The translations under genes and the position numbers were made by a program. The notes beneath the pieces are model-generated. The model made no database searches, was not told the DNA's origin, and worked only from the letters and a program-made list of their open reading frames with translations. Below, piece after piece: positions 1 to 9,452 of a stretch of DNA of 64,000 bases (positions within the stretch are counted from its first letter, which is position 1; each line of letters begins with the position of its first letter). This DNA comes from Candidatus Nanohaloarchaea archaeon (GTDB lineage Archaea; Nanohalarchaeota; Nanosalinia; Nanosalinales; Nanosalinaceae), in NCBI GenBank assembly GCA_013343275.1, contig CP046106.1:512001-576000 (forward strand), written 5' to 3'.

Positions 1-147
1 CCTTATGAGAATCCGGCGAATCGTAGCCGTGGTGGATCCAATCCTACTTCAGAGAAGAAGGATCTGCAGTTCAACTGCAAGGAATGCGGTAAATCCTGGA
101 AACCTAGAAACGCTCTTCGAGCTGCGAAGTTCGAGATCGAACGGTGA
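1..147 (+). CDS. rpl44e: 50S ribosomal protein L44e, 3' part (runs off window start)
   Basis: Frame 1 reads PYENPANRSRGGSNPTSEKKDLQFNCKECGKSWKPRNALRAAKFEIER*; CxxC motif, and it precedes rps27e-aIF2a-nop10 as in the conserved archaeal operon. Confidence 0.85.
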   Translation, partial: PYENPANRSRGGSNPTSEKKDLQFNCKECGKSWKPRNALRAAKFEIER

Positions 148-211
148 TTCAATAATGACCGAAAATCAGAGATTTTCTGAGCAAGCAAAAAATCACAGAG
201 GTGATTTTTGA

Positions 212-385
212 ATGGCAAGAAACTTTGTAAGAGTAAAATGCAGTGAATGTGGCAACGAACAGACAACTTTCTCCAGAGCATCTACAGAAGTAGAATGCCT
301 GGTATGTGGAGAAGTTCTCGCGAAGCCAACCGGCGGAAAAGCCGAGTTCCCTGGCGAAGTAGTTCGAGAACTTTCAGTAGAATAA
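212..385 (+). CDS. rps27e: 30S ribosomal protein S27e (not in ORF track)
   Basis: Hand translation [46 protein letters not shown]...; two CxxC motifs; SD GAGGTGA at 198-204. Confidence 0.95.
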   Translation: MARNFVRVKCSECGNEQTTFSRASTEVECLVCGEVLAKPTGGKAEFPGEVVRELSVE

Positions 386-471
386 ATTTTCCCTTCTACT
401 TACTCCCTATCCTAATTTTTACTTTCTAACAGTTCGATTCTCTTTTAAAAATCACTTATCATCATTTCTCT

Positions 472-1227
472 ATGCGCTGGTACAAAGACAAACCTGATGA
501 AGGAGACTTCGTAGTAATAACCCTGACGGACGTAGACAAGAACTCTGCATACGCAGATCTGGACGAATACGAAGACCTGACAGGCCTGATCCACATCTCG
601 GAAGTATCAAGATCCTGGATCCAGGACATCAGAAAAGAACTGAGCGAAGGCGAAAAGACAGTTGCACAGGTAGTAGATACCGAAGACGACAACATCAGCC
701 TTTCCATCAAGAGAGTAAACGATAATCAGAAAAGAGAAAGCATGGCCCGATGGAAAAAAGAACAGAAGGCCGAAAGCTTTGTAGAAGAACTAGCCGACAA
801 ACTAGACCGCGACAAAGAAGATTTATTCGACGAAGTAGTCTTCCCTATGCAACGCGAGTTCGGATCCAGCTTCCACGGCTTTGAAATCGCAGAGGCCCGC
901 GAAGAAGAACTGCAGGAGCTTTTCGACGAAGAAGTAGTGGATGCCATCCAGGAAGTGGCCCGCGAGAATATTAATTTGAAGCAGGAGAAGCTTGAAGGAG
1001 AGCTGGAGATTGCCTTCGATCAGAGCGATGGAGTCGAGCGTTTGAAAGATGCTCTTTCCGAAGTTGAAGAAGGTGTCGAGATAAAGTATGTTTCCGCTCC
1101 AACGTACTCCATCACAGCTTGGGGCCGCACACAGGAGCTGGCGAAGAAGAGAATGGACGAGTCTGTTCGAACTATCCGAGAAAAAGCCGAGGACATGGAT
1201 GGAGAGTTCGAGTTCAACAGGGCATAG
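472..1227 (+). CDS. eif2a: Translation initiation factor aIF-2 alpha
   Basis: N-terminal S1 domain (PDEGDFVV...GLIHISEVS..WI); operon context. Confidence 0.95.
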   Translation: MRWYKDKPDEGDFVVITLTDVDKNSAYADLDEYEDLTGLIHISEVSRSWIQDIRKELSEGEKTVAQVVDTEDDNISLSIKRVNDNQKRESMARWKKEQKAESFVEELADKLDRDKEDLFDEVVFPMQREFGSSFHGFEIAEAREEELQELFDEEVVDAIQEVARENINLKQEKLEGELEIAFDQSDGVERLKDALSEVEEGVEIKYVSAPTYSITAWGRTQELAKKRMDESVRTIREKAEDMDGEFEFNRA

Positions 1228-1231
1228 TCCG

Positions 1232-1375
1232 ATGATTAAAAAGTGTCCGAACTGCAATTCTTACACGTTGAAGGACGAGCACTGCGGTGAAGAGACGGAG
1301 AGCGCAAGGCCTCCGAAGTTCTCATTTCCCGATAGTTACGGAGAGTACCGCAGAAAAATGAAGAAACAGTCCTGA
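1232..1375 (+). CDS. nop10: H/ACA RNP protein Nop10
   Basis: MIKKCPNCNSYTLKDEHCGEETESARPPKFSFPDSYGEYRR; ATG at 1232. Confidence 0.93.
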   Translation: MIKKCPNCNSYTLKDEHCGEETESARPPKFSFPDSYGEYRRKMKKQS

Positions 1376-1395
1376 AACCAAAGGTGTACAAATTA

Positions 1396-2175
1396 ATGGG
1401 AAAGACTAAGATCCAGATGACTGCTGAACAGGAAACAGAAAACCCTCTATTTATCGAAGGGCTTGCAGGAGTAGGCCATATAGGCCGGAACAGCGTAAGC
1501 TATATTGCAGAGAAGATGGGTGCCAGAAAGATCGGCGAGATCTCATCATCACATTTCCCTCCTTATGCAATCGTCAGCGACGAGAAAACAGTACAGACTA
1601 TCAAGAACGAGATTTACGAGCTCGAGAGGGAAGATCAGCAGGATATTGTATTCCTTGAAGGAAACGCGCAGGCCAACAACCCTGAAGGCCATCACGAAGT
1701 AGCAGACAAAGTTATGGATCTCGTTGAACAGGTGGGCGCCACTGAGATCGTGACTGTAGGCGGCTACGGAACCGGAGATGTAGTTGAGGAACCCGATGTA
1801 ATGGGGGTAACTACTGAAGAAGAACTTCAGGAGAAGTACGGAGAATACGATATTACTTTCGAACACGATGTAGAACAGGTTGTCGGAGTATCAGGCCTTC
1901 TGCTCGGTCTTGCACAGGAAAGAGGTTATGAAGGAATATGTATACTTGGAGAGACTCCTGGCTTCCTCTTGAGCGATCCAAAATCCACCGAGACTGTTAT
2001 CAAGGTGATCGAGAGCATAATTGATGCAGATCTTGACTTCACAGACCTTGACGAAAAGGTTGAGGAGTCTCAGGAGATTCTTAAAAAGATTAGGAACCTG
2101 AAAGATAAACAGGGACAGGGCCAGGACCAGGATGGTCAAAAAGGACAGGCTCCTGACCTGGGATACATAGGTTGA
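1396..2175 (+). CDS. Proteasome assembly chaperone (PAC2) family protein
   Basis: [20 protein letters not shown] motifs and C-terminal GYIG; follows nop10. Confidence 0.88.
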   Translation: MGKTKIQMTAEQETENPLFIEGLAGVGHIGRNSVSYIAEKMGARKIGEISSSHFPPYAIVSDEKTVQTIKNEIYELEREDQQDIVFLEGNAQANNPEGHHEVADKVMDLVEQVGATEIVTVGGYGTGDVVEEPDVMGVTTEEELQEKYGEYDITFEHDVEQVVGVSGLLLGLAQERGYEGICILGETPGFLLSDPKSTETVIKVIESIIDADLDFTDLDEKVEESQEILKKIRNLKDKQGQGQDQDGQKGQAPDLGYIG

Positions 2176-2182
2176 TACACAA

Positions 2183-2347
2183 ATGAAAGACTACACAAGA
2201 TACGAGAAGGCCCGAATTCTGGGAGCAAGAAGCCTGCAGATAGCGATGGGCGCACCATCTTTCGTCGAATCCAGCGATAAAGAGAATCCGATAGACATAG
2301 CGAAGAAGGAGATGGAGGACGACAAGCTTCCGATCACAGTCAAATAG
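2183..2347 (+). CDS. rpoK: RNA polymerase subunit Rpo6/K (not in ORF track)
   Basis: Hand translation [25 protein letters not shown]...LPITVK*. Confidence 0.95.
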   Translation: MKDYTRYEKARILGARSLQIAMGAPSFVESSDKENPIDIAKKEMEDDKLPITVK

Positions 2348-2390
2348 GGAATACCCTATTTTTTATTCCACTTTTCTCAATTAACTCTAC

Positions 2391-3512
2391 ATGGAACTCC
2401 GAAATATAGAGCTCAGAGAGATAATCGATTCAAGAACAAAACCTACCGTAGAGGCCGAAGTAAACAACTCTTACGGGAAAGCGCCTTCCGGAGCATCAAC
2501 CGGCACACACGAGGCCAAATGCTTCGTACCAGATCACCTGGAGCATGTAGAAGAACTTGTCCAGAAACTGGAAGGTCGCGACCTCTCACAGCAGGAGTTC
2601 GACCAGGAACTGCATAAAATCGATGGTACAGAAGACTTCTCGCGGCTAGGGGCTGCGGCTATAGCATCGAGCTTCGCATTCAAAAACGCCGACGGATTCG
2701 AAAACACAGAAAACTTTCCACTGCCGCTGAGCAACGTGATCGGCGGGGGAGAGCACGGAGGAAACACCAGTATCCAGGAGTTCCTAGTACTGCCTGTAAA
2801 CGCCGACACATTTCCAGAGGCCTTAGAGACCAACCGAAAAATCTATCAGGAGCTTAAAGAGCGGTACGCCTCGAAGATCAAGGGTATCAACGATGAAGGA
2901 GCATTAATCACATCTATGGATGATGAGGCTACACTAAAAGCGCTGAAGAAAGTTGCAGACAAGCATGAGGCCCGTATAGGCCTGGATATTGCAGCTTCAG
3001 AGTTCTACTCTGATGGAGAGTACAGAATGACCTCTCTGGGCGAGACTCATACTGCCGAGGAGCATCTGGATTTTGTTCAGATGTTGATCGATGAGTTTGA
3101 ACTAGTCTACGTTGAAGATCCTTTCGATCAGGAAGACTTCACCATGCACGCCAAGCTTACGCGCCAGAATCCAGAAGTCATGATCTGCGGTGACGACCTC
3201 TTTACCACTGATAAGGAGAGGCTGCAGCAGGGAATTGAACAGGACTCATGCAACTCTCTGATCGTCAAACCTAACCAGATCGGAACAGTAACCGATGCAA
3301 GAGAAACCGTGGAACTCGCCAAAGAAAACGACTATACCCCGGTAATCTCACACAGATCAGGAGAGACCTGCGACCACACGATCAGCGACCTGGCCCTGGA
3401 ATGGGAGTGCCCTGTAATCAAGGCCGGAATCGCAGACATAAGAATTGCAAAACTGAACAGGCTGCTCAGACTGTGGGACAAATCCGACAGACCAGAGATC
3501 AATATGGCCTGA
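2391..3512 (+). CDS. eno: Enolase (compact, 373 aa)
   Basis: PSGASTG, QEF, DIAASEF, GDDL, KPNQIG, SHRSGET motifs. Confidence 0.95.
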   Translation: MELRNIELREIIDSRTKPTVEAEVNNSYGKAPSGASTGTHEAKCFVPDHLEHVEELVQKLEGRDLSQQEFDQELHKIDGTEDFSRLGAAAIASSFAFKNADGFENTENFPLPLSNVIGGGEHGGNTSIQEFLVLPVNADTFPEALETNRKIYQELKERYASKIKGINDEGALITSMDDEATLKALKKVADKHEARIGLDIAASEFYSDGEYRMTSLGETHTAEEHLDFVQMLIDEFELVYVEDPFDQEDFTMHAKLTRQNPEVMICGDDLFTTDKERLQQGIEQDSCNSLIVKPNQIGTVTDARETVELAKENDYTPVISHRSGETCDHTISDLALEWECPVIKAGIADIRIAKLNRLLRLWDKSDRPEINMA

Positions 3513-3554
3513 ACAATCGAGCCGTATTTAATATTTGTCTTTAAATAGCCGTGT

Positions 3555-4184
3555 ATGAGCGAAGAGGAAAACATGCTGGTCGATCGAGAACAGTACCTTG
3601 CCAATGGAGTCCACATTGGAACCAAGGCCCAACACACATCAATGGACAAGTACATCTTCCACGTAAAGAAAAACCAGTTGGCAGTTCTCAACCTTGAAGA
3701 CACAGATAAACAGATAAGAAAAGTCGCAGAAGTACTTGAAGACTACGATCCAGAAGAAATACTAGTTGTAGGTCGTACAGAACAGGCCCGTACACCAATC
3801 AAGGCATTCAGCGAAGCAATCGGATCCGAACTTATCGACGGACGTTTCATGCCAGGAACACTGACAAATCCAGAGTCGGAGAACTTTGTGGAGCCTGAAA
3901 TCGTAGTAGTATCTAATCCTGAAGAAGATGCACAGGCTATTCAGGAAGCACAGGATACCAATATTCCTGTAGTAGCTATCGCAGACTCTGAGAACGAAAT
4001 TGGGGAAATAGACTACGTTATCCCTGCAAACAACAAGGCAGAGAACTCTCTAGGCCTTGTCTACTTCCTTCTAGCTCGAGAGATCGCTGAGAACAAGGGA
4101 GAAGAGTTCAACTACGAGGTTTCTGACTTCGGCGCAGAGATCAAGGAAGCCGAGCCAGAAGAAGGAGACTCGGAAGAAGAGTAG
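3555..4184 (+). CDS. rps2: 30S ribosomal protein S2
   Basis: GVHIGTK, GRFMPGTLTNP, IPANNK. Confidence 0.96.
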   Translation: MSEEENMLVDREQYLANGVHIGTKAQHTSMDKYIFHVKKNQLAVLNLEDTDKQIRKVAEVLEDYDPEEILVVGRTEQARTPIKAFSEAIGSELIDGRFMPGTLTNPESENFVEPEIVVVSNPEEDAQAIQEAQDTNIPVVAIADSENEIGEIDYVIPANNKAENSLGLVYFLLAREIAENKGEEFNYEVSDFGAEIKEAEPEEGDSEEE

Positions 4185-4331
4185 AATATCTTTTCTCCTG
4201 TCCTCGTCATCTCTTTTTCTATATTAACTGCAGGCCTCTAATTTCCGGTACGTAGTTCTTCTGTAACGCATTCTGATTGTATCTGTGACGGGTTTATTTA
4301 AACCGGCAGCGCGGTATAATACCATAGGGCT

Positions 4332-5192
4332 ATGTTTAATCTGGGCAACGATGATAAGGAGAAATTGAAGGAGAATATGGAGGAAATCAAAAACCTCGTT
4401 AACAATGAGGGTAACGACAGCGATCAGGACCAAGACCAGAAAAAGAGTCAGGCAGATAACGAAGGACAGCAGAAACCTGATTTCTCCGAAATGAACCAGG
4501 AAGCCGGACAAAAGCAGCAACAGGGTTTTTCAGGTCAGGCAAACAACCAGTCTCAGCAGCAGAACAGACAGCAAAACAGTACTAATTTCTCACAGCAGTC
4601 AGGCCAGTCTGACAGCAGCGCAGATGGCGAGAACCAGTTCCAGACCGGAGGTTCCAATGCATACAACCCATCAGAAGATAACTCCGGATTTCAGGATCAG
4701 AACAGTCAGAGATTCCAGGACAGCTCATCCGGTCAGACCCAGTCCAGCAACCAGCAGTTAAACAGCACCAGCTCAGATAACATGAGTCAGGACTTTGATG
4801 CAGAGCCAAACTCTAGAGACCGCAGCTCCCACGAAAACAATAATACTGATAGATCTATCTCGAACACGGAGAACAGCATAGATCAACAGAACCAGGGAAC
4901 CGATACCCAGACTGAGAGTACCGGTCAGAGATCAGCACCTCAATCAGCAGACTTCTCAAAAGGTAAAGAGGACTCGGAAACCATTTTTCTTACAGTAGAG
5001 CACTTCGACAAGCTGCAGGACCGGATAGAGGAAATGCGTTACCTTTCAAACGAGATCGAGGACGTAGTTGATCACCTTGAGGCCGGCGTTTCTGAAGACG
5101 AGAGAACAGAAGGTGAGGCCCAGCAGCTACTGGAAGATTTCAGCAGTAGGAGAGACCAGGTGGAGGACATTGTCTCCTCCCAGGAAGAATAA
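4332..5192 (+). CDS. Hypothetical protein: helical termini separated by a long Q/S/N/D-rich disordered linker
   Basis: 286 aa ORF; TATA-like TTTATTTAAA about 30 nt upstream; low-complexity centre. Confidence 0.8.
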   Translation: MFNLGNDDKEKLKENMEEIKNLVNNEGNDSDQDQDQKKSQADNEGQQKPDFSEMNQEAGQKQQQGFSGQANNQSQQQNRQQNSTNFSQQSGQSDSSADGENQFQTGGSNAYNPSEDNSGFQDQNSQRFQDSSSGQTQSSNQQLNSTSSDNMSQDFDAEPNSRDRSSHENNNTDRSISNTENSIDQQNQGTDTQTESTGQRSAPQSADFSKGKEDSETIFLTVEHFDKLQDRIEEMRYLSNEIEDVVDHLEAGVSEDERTEGEAQQLLEDFSSRRDQVEDIVSSQEE

Positions 5193-5218
5193 AAATTTCA
5201 GTCCTGACGTGATACTAT

Positions 5219-5449
5219 ATGGAAGATAGAGAGCAGATAGAGGCCTTACTGAGCGAGTACCGTGATGCGAACTCTCCTCTGGAAGAGGCAGAGTTTCTGA
5301 AAGATAAGCTTGTTGAGGCCCTGGAGGAAGCACCTTCCAGAACGGAGACTCAGAAGCATAACTTGAATCTTCTGATCCGGGATATTGAGGAGGAGCTTGA
5401 CTGGATTGAGAACGAGAAGCTGGCCGAATTCGATCCGGAGCAGCAGTAA
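5219..5449 (+). CDS. Small acidic hypothetical protein
   Basis: 76 aa acidic helical ORF filling the gap. Confidence 0.7.
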   Translation: MEDREQIEALLSEYRDANSPLEEAEFLKDKLVEALEEAPSRTETQKHNLNLLIRDIEEELDWIENEKLAEFDPEQQ

Positions 5450-5501
5450 ACTTGCTGAGGCCCGGGTATAAAAAAGTTCTCTTCTGTTTGTGTATTTACA
5501 A

Positions 5502-5528
5502 CCTTGATGAATTTCATTCATGGAGAGG
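5502..5528 (+). promoter_or_regulatory. Kink-turn-like element in rpl7ae 5' UTR overlapping the SD
   Basis: CCTT-GA-TGAAT-ttc-ATTCA-tg-GA-GAGG: two stems flanking tandem GA/GA; TATAAAAA at 5467-5474. Confidence 0.65.
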
Positions 5529-5538
5529 TAATTCAAAA

Positions 5539-5916
5539 ATGACATACCAAAAATTCGAGCCGGAAGAAACTTTAGCTGAACAAACCTACGATGCAGTTGA
5601 GAAAGCTGCTGATACAGGTAAAGTCGTTAAAGGAACAAACGAAGTTACAAAAGCAATCGAAAGAAATAACGCAGATCTAGTTGTAATCGCTGGAAACGTT
5701 TCTCCAGAAGAAATTGTAATGCATCTGCCTGCACTAGCCGAGGAAAGAGACATTTCCTACACATTCGTACCTGACAAGGAAGAACTTGGACTTGCAGCAG
5801 GCCTCGAAGTGCAGACAGCAGCTACAGCAGTTGTAGACGCTGGCAGCGCAGAAGACGATGTAGAAGACATCGCAAACAAAGCACAAGAACTCCTCGAAGC
5901 AGAAGAGGAAGAATAA
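5539..5916 (+). CDS. rpl7ae: 50S ribosomal protein L7Ae
   Basis: KGTNEVTKAIER, PEEIVMHLP, ELGLAAGL; ATG at 5539 after SD GAGGT. Confidence 0.97.
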   Translation: MTYQKFEPEETLAEQTYDAVEKAADTGKVVKGTNEVTKAIERNNADLVVIAGNVSPEEIVMHLPALAEERDISYTFVPDKEELGLAAGLEVQTAATAVVDAGSAEDDVEDIANKAQELLEAEEEE

Positions 5917-5938
5917 ACCTTTCCCTCAGTGATCAAAA

Positions 5939-6115
5939 ATGGTAATGGCTAAAATCATCGAAGTAATCGGAGACCAGGGCCACAGAAGCGTACGGAAAGT
6001 ACGGTGCCGGGTAATCGAAGGAAATGAAGAAGGAAAGATCCTGGTAAGAAACGTCCGTGGGCCAATCCGAGAAGACGATGTAGTACACATCAAAGAGACA
6101 GAGATGGAGGGATAG
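5939..6115 (+). CDS. rps28e: 30S ribosomal protein S28e (not in ORF track)
   Basis: MVMAKIIEVIGDQGHRSVRKVRCRVIEG...RNVRGPIREDD. Confidence 0.93.
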   Translation: MVMAKIIEVIGDQGHRSVRKVRCRVIEGNEEGKILVRNVRGPIREDDVVHIKETEMEG

Positions 6116-6118
6116 AAA

Positions 6119-6274
6119 ATGGCTGAATGTTACTACTGCGGCGACGAAGTACCTAAAGGACAGGGCAAGATGCTAATCCTTAACTCAGGTGAAAGACTGC
6201 ATTTCTGCTCCGGAAAGTGCGAGAAGAACTACAAGAACAACCGGAGCCACCAGTACCCTGACAAAGAGAACTAA
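6119..6274 (+). CDS. rpl24e: 50S ribosomal protein L24e (not in ORF track)
   Basis: MAECYYCGDEVPKGQGKMLILNSGERLHFCSGKCEKN. Confidence 0.94.
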   Translation: MAECYYCGDEVPKGQGKMLILNSGERLHFCSGKCEKNYKNNRSHQYPDKEN

Positions 6275-6322
6275 CCAAGTTCTCAAACATTTATTTTCCT
6301 TCTCTATTAATTTTCTGTATAG

Positions 6323-7600
6323 ATGACTAACTTCCGCGAATTCCCTGAAGACTTTTTCTGGGGTTCAGCAACAGCAGCACACCAAGTAGAGGGAGACAAT
6401 ACAAACGACTGGACCCGATGGGAGAAGCAGAACGCGGAGAAATTAGCCGACAACGCCAAGAGCAGATTTAACCCATACACAGATCTAGGTATGCCAACCC
6501 CAGAATGGCAGGAAATCAAAGACCAGGCATCCAGACCAGAAAACTATATCTCCGGAAAGGCCGCTGACCACCTCAACAGATACAAAAAAGACTTCCAGCT
6601 GGCCTCAAAACTTAACCACAACGCATACCGATTCTCAATCGAATGGTCTCGTATAGAACCCGAGGAAGGAGAGATAAACCCAGAAGCGATCGAACACTAC
6701 CATCAAGTTCTTGACGAGCTCGAGAAAAGAGGGATAGAGCCTTTCGTAACCTTGCATCACTTCACGAACCCACAGTGGTTCGCAGACAGAGGTGGATGGG
6801 CCTCCCGCCAAGCACATCAACGATGGCAGAACTTTCTCGATACCGTGGTAGAGGAGTTTGGAGACAGAGTGGACTACTGGATAACAGTAAACGAGCCGTT
6901 ACTATACTCTCTAGAGGCCTATCTTCTGGGCGGAAGACCTCCCAATAAACACAGCCCTGTAGCTTACCGCAGATCAGTTAAAAACCTGATAAAATTCCAT
7001 AAGCAGGCCTACAGAAAGATCAAGAGACAGGATGGTAATTCAAACGTAAGCTTCAGCACAAACAACGCTTATTTCGAGTCAGGAGGAGGTCCGTTGAACA
7101 CAGCTATTGCAAAAATAGGGAAAGAATGGTGGAACAACTATTTCATCAAAAAGGCTCTCCCTGAACTTGATTTCATAGCTCTCAACTTTTACTTCCGTAA
7201 CAGGATACACTACGGCTTCTTCAAGAACGAGTATAGAAAGAAGTCAGATATGGGCTGGGAGCTTTACCCACAAGGCATCTACAACGTGCTTCAAGACCTC
7301 AAAAAGTACAACCTACCTATAATAATCACCGAGAATGGCCTTGCTGACTCGGAGGACAGTAACCGAACCTGGTACCTGCAGAAAATCCTAAAACACATCC
7401 ATAGGGCCAGAGAAGACAACGCACCTGTAGCAGGATACCTCCACTGGTCCCTGCTTGACAACTTCGAATGGGATTTCGGATTCTGGCCTCGATTCGGACT
7501 GATAGAAGTTGAATACGACACATACGAGAGAACCGTACGCGGCAGCGCAGAAAAGTACGCTGAAATTATAGATCAAAACGGGTTATACAGCAACGAGTAG
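6323..7600 (+). CDS. Glycoside hydrolase family 1 (beta-glucosidase/galactosidase)
   Basis: FFWGSATAAHQVEG, RFSIEWSRIEP, TVNEP (acid/base), ITENG (nucleophile), WSLLDNFEW. Confidence 0.95.
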   Translation: MTNFREFPEDFFWGSATAAHQVEGDNTNDWTRWEKQNAEKLADNAKSRFNPYTDLGMPTPEWQEIKDQASRPENYISGKAADHLNRYKKDFQLASKLNHNAYRFSIEWSRIEPEEGEINPEAIEHYHQVLDELEKRGIEPFVTLHHFTNPQWFADRGGWASRQAHQRWQNFLDTVVEEFGDRVDYWITVNEPLLYSLEAYLLGGRPPNKHSPVAYRRSVKNLIKFHKQAYRKIKRQDGNSNVSFSTNNAYFESGGGPLNTAIAKIGKEWWNNYFIKKALPELDFIALNFYFRNRIHYGFFKNEYRKKSDMGWELYPQGIYNVLQDLKKYNLPIIITENGLADSEDSNRTWYLQKILKHIHRAREDNAPVAGYLHWSLLDNFEWDFGFWPRFGLIEVEYDTYERTVRGSAEKYAEIIDQNGLYSNE

Positions 7601-7660
7601 AACCCCTGAATCGCCTAACTTATAAAAATTCATCGAGACTCTGGTATGTAGTGAAAAACA

Positions 7661-9418
7661 ATGCCTCGCCAGCCAATTCTATCCGTACTCGGACACGTAG
7701 ACTCAGGTAAAACAACACTTCTAGACGACATCAGAGAATCAAAGATATGCGAAGGCGAGGCCGGCGGCATCACACAGATGATCGGGGCCACCGAAGTACC
7801 TATCGAAACACTCGAAGACGTATGCGGAGGCCTACTAGACCAGCTCGAAGCAGACATCACAATTCCCGGCCTTTTATTCATTGACACACCAGGTCACGCA
7901 GCATTCTCATCGCTCCGAAAACGCGGGGGATCAATCAGCGACATCGCAGTAGTAGTAATTGATATAGAAGACGGTGTGCAGCCACAGACAGAAGAGGCCC
8001 TGGAAATACTGCAGGAAACCAATACACCATTTGTAGTAGCTCTAAACAAGATAGATAAGCTAAACGGATGGAGAAGCGAGAAAGAACTCTTCACCCAGAA
8101 CATTCAGCTTCAGCAGGACCACGTACAGCAACAGCTAGATGAAAAAATATACGAACTGATGGGCGAACTCAACGAGTACGATGTAGTAGCCGACAGATTC
8201 GACCGAGTCGACAACTTCCAGCAGAAAGCCGCAATGGTACCTATCTCCGCGAAGACCGGAGAAGGAATCCCTGAACTACTGATGGTGATCGCAGGCCTCA
8301 GCCAGAACTACCTGGCCGACGAACTAGAAATACACGAAGGAATGGGCCGCGGCACAGTACTTGAAGTATCACAGGAGAAAGGTCTTGGTACAACCATCGA
8401 TGTAATCCATTACGACGGCGTGATTAACAAATCGGATAAACTGGTGTACGGGACTGCCGGAGGTGTAAAAGTTACTGATATCCGAGCTCTACTTGAGCCA
8501 AGGCCTCTACAGGAAATCCGTGAAGACAAACAGTACAACGAAGTTGAGTCCGTCCATCCAGCATCAGGTGTGAAGATCTCGGGCAAGGACCTGGAAGGTA
8601 TAATAGCAGGAGCTCCGATCCGAGCCTGCAGCGAAGAAGAACTTGGAGAGGCCAAGCAGGAGGTAGAGGACGAGCTGGAAGCCGTAGAGTTCGAGACCAA
8701 GACACACGGCGTTGTAGTCAAGGCAGATTCCCTGGGCTCCCTAGAAGCTCTGATGCGTGTGGTGGAGGAAAGCGATATAATGGTGCAGAAAGCTGAAGTA
8801 GGCCCTATCAACAAGGGAGACGTTGTTGATGTGCAGAACGAGGAGGAAGAGAATCAGGCTATCTTCGCATTCAACACCGGAATGACTGATCAGGGAGAGA
8901 CTGCGGTCAAAGACAAGGATATCAAGGTTTTCCAGAGCGACGTAATCTACGAGATAATAGACAGCTACACAGAATGGAAAGAAGAACTTGAGAGAGAAAG
9001 AAGAGAGGAGGCCCTATCGAATACTTCAAGACCTGCAAAGATACGTATCATGCCAGACCACGTATTCCGCAGCTCTAACCCTGCAGTAGTAGGGGTAGAG
9101 GTAGTTGAAGGGGTGCTCTCAACTGGCAGCAGCCTGATGGACGAAGAAGGCGACAGCATCGGCCGCGTAAAGAGCATACAGGAACAGCAGGAATCCATTG
9201 ACGAAGCCCATAAAGGAGATGAAGTTGCGGTATCGATCACAAACGCTACAGTGGGCCGGAACATCGAAGAAGGCGACATCCTGTACTCAGATATAACAGG
9301 TGAGGACTACCGGAAGCTTCAGGAACTTGAAGACCTGACAACCGCCGGCGAAGATAAAGTACTGGAAGATATCGTCGAGTTAAAGGACAGGAAGGACCCT
9401 CACTGGAAACTCGGATAA
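7661..9418 (+). CDS. infB: Translation initiation factor aIF5B (IF-2)
   Basis: GHVDSGKT, GGITQ, DTPGH, NKID GTPase motifs. Confidence 0.97.
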   Translation: MPRQPILSVLGHVDSGKTTLLDDIRESKICEGEAGGITQMIGATEVPIETLEDVCGGLLDQLEADITIPGLLFIDTPGHAAFSSLRKRGGSISDIAVVVIDIEDGVQPQTEEALEILQETNTPFVVALNKIDKLNGWRSEKELFTQNIQLQQDHVQQQLDEKIYELMGELNEYDVVADRFDRVDNFQQKAAMVPISAKTGEGIPELLMVIAGLSQNYLADELEIHEGMGRGTVLEVSQEKGLGTTIDVIHYDGVINKSDKLVYGTAGGVKVTDIRALLEPRPLQEIREDKQYNEVESVHPASGVKISGKDLEGIIAGAPIRACSEEELGEAKQEVEDELEAVEFETKTHGVVVKADSLGSLEALMRVVEESDIMVQKAEVGPINKGDVVDVQNEEEENQAIFAFNTGMTDQGETAVKDKDIKVFQSDVIYEIIDSYTEWKEELERERREEALSNTSRPAKIRIMPDHVFRSSNPAVVGVEVVEGVLSTGSSLMDEEGDSIGRVKSIQEQQESIDEAHKGDEVAVSITNATVGRNIEEGDILYSDITGEDYRKLQELEDLTTAGEDKVLEDIVELKDRKDPHWKLG

Positions 9419-9452
9419 CACGCTAATATTTCTTGAGGCCCAAACATGGTAC

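Noticed and set aside
2391-3512. Short enolase as a pseudogene
   Set aside because: The main catalytic and metal-binding motifs are present in order; the size reduction is in loops.
4224-4300. Possible small RNA or short minus-strand ORF between rps2 and the Q-rich gene
   Set aside because: No recognisable boxes, stable structure or coding signal.
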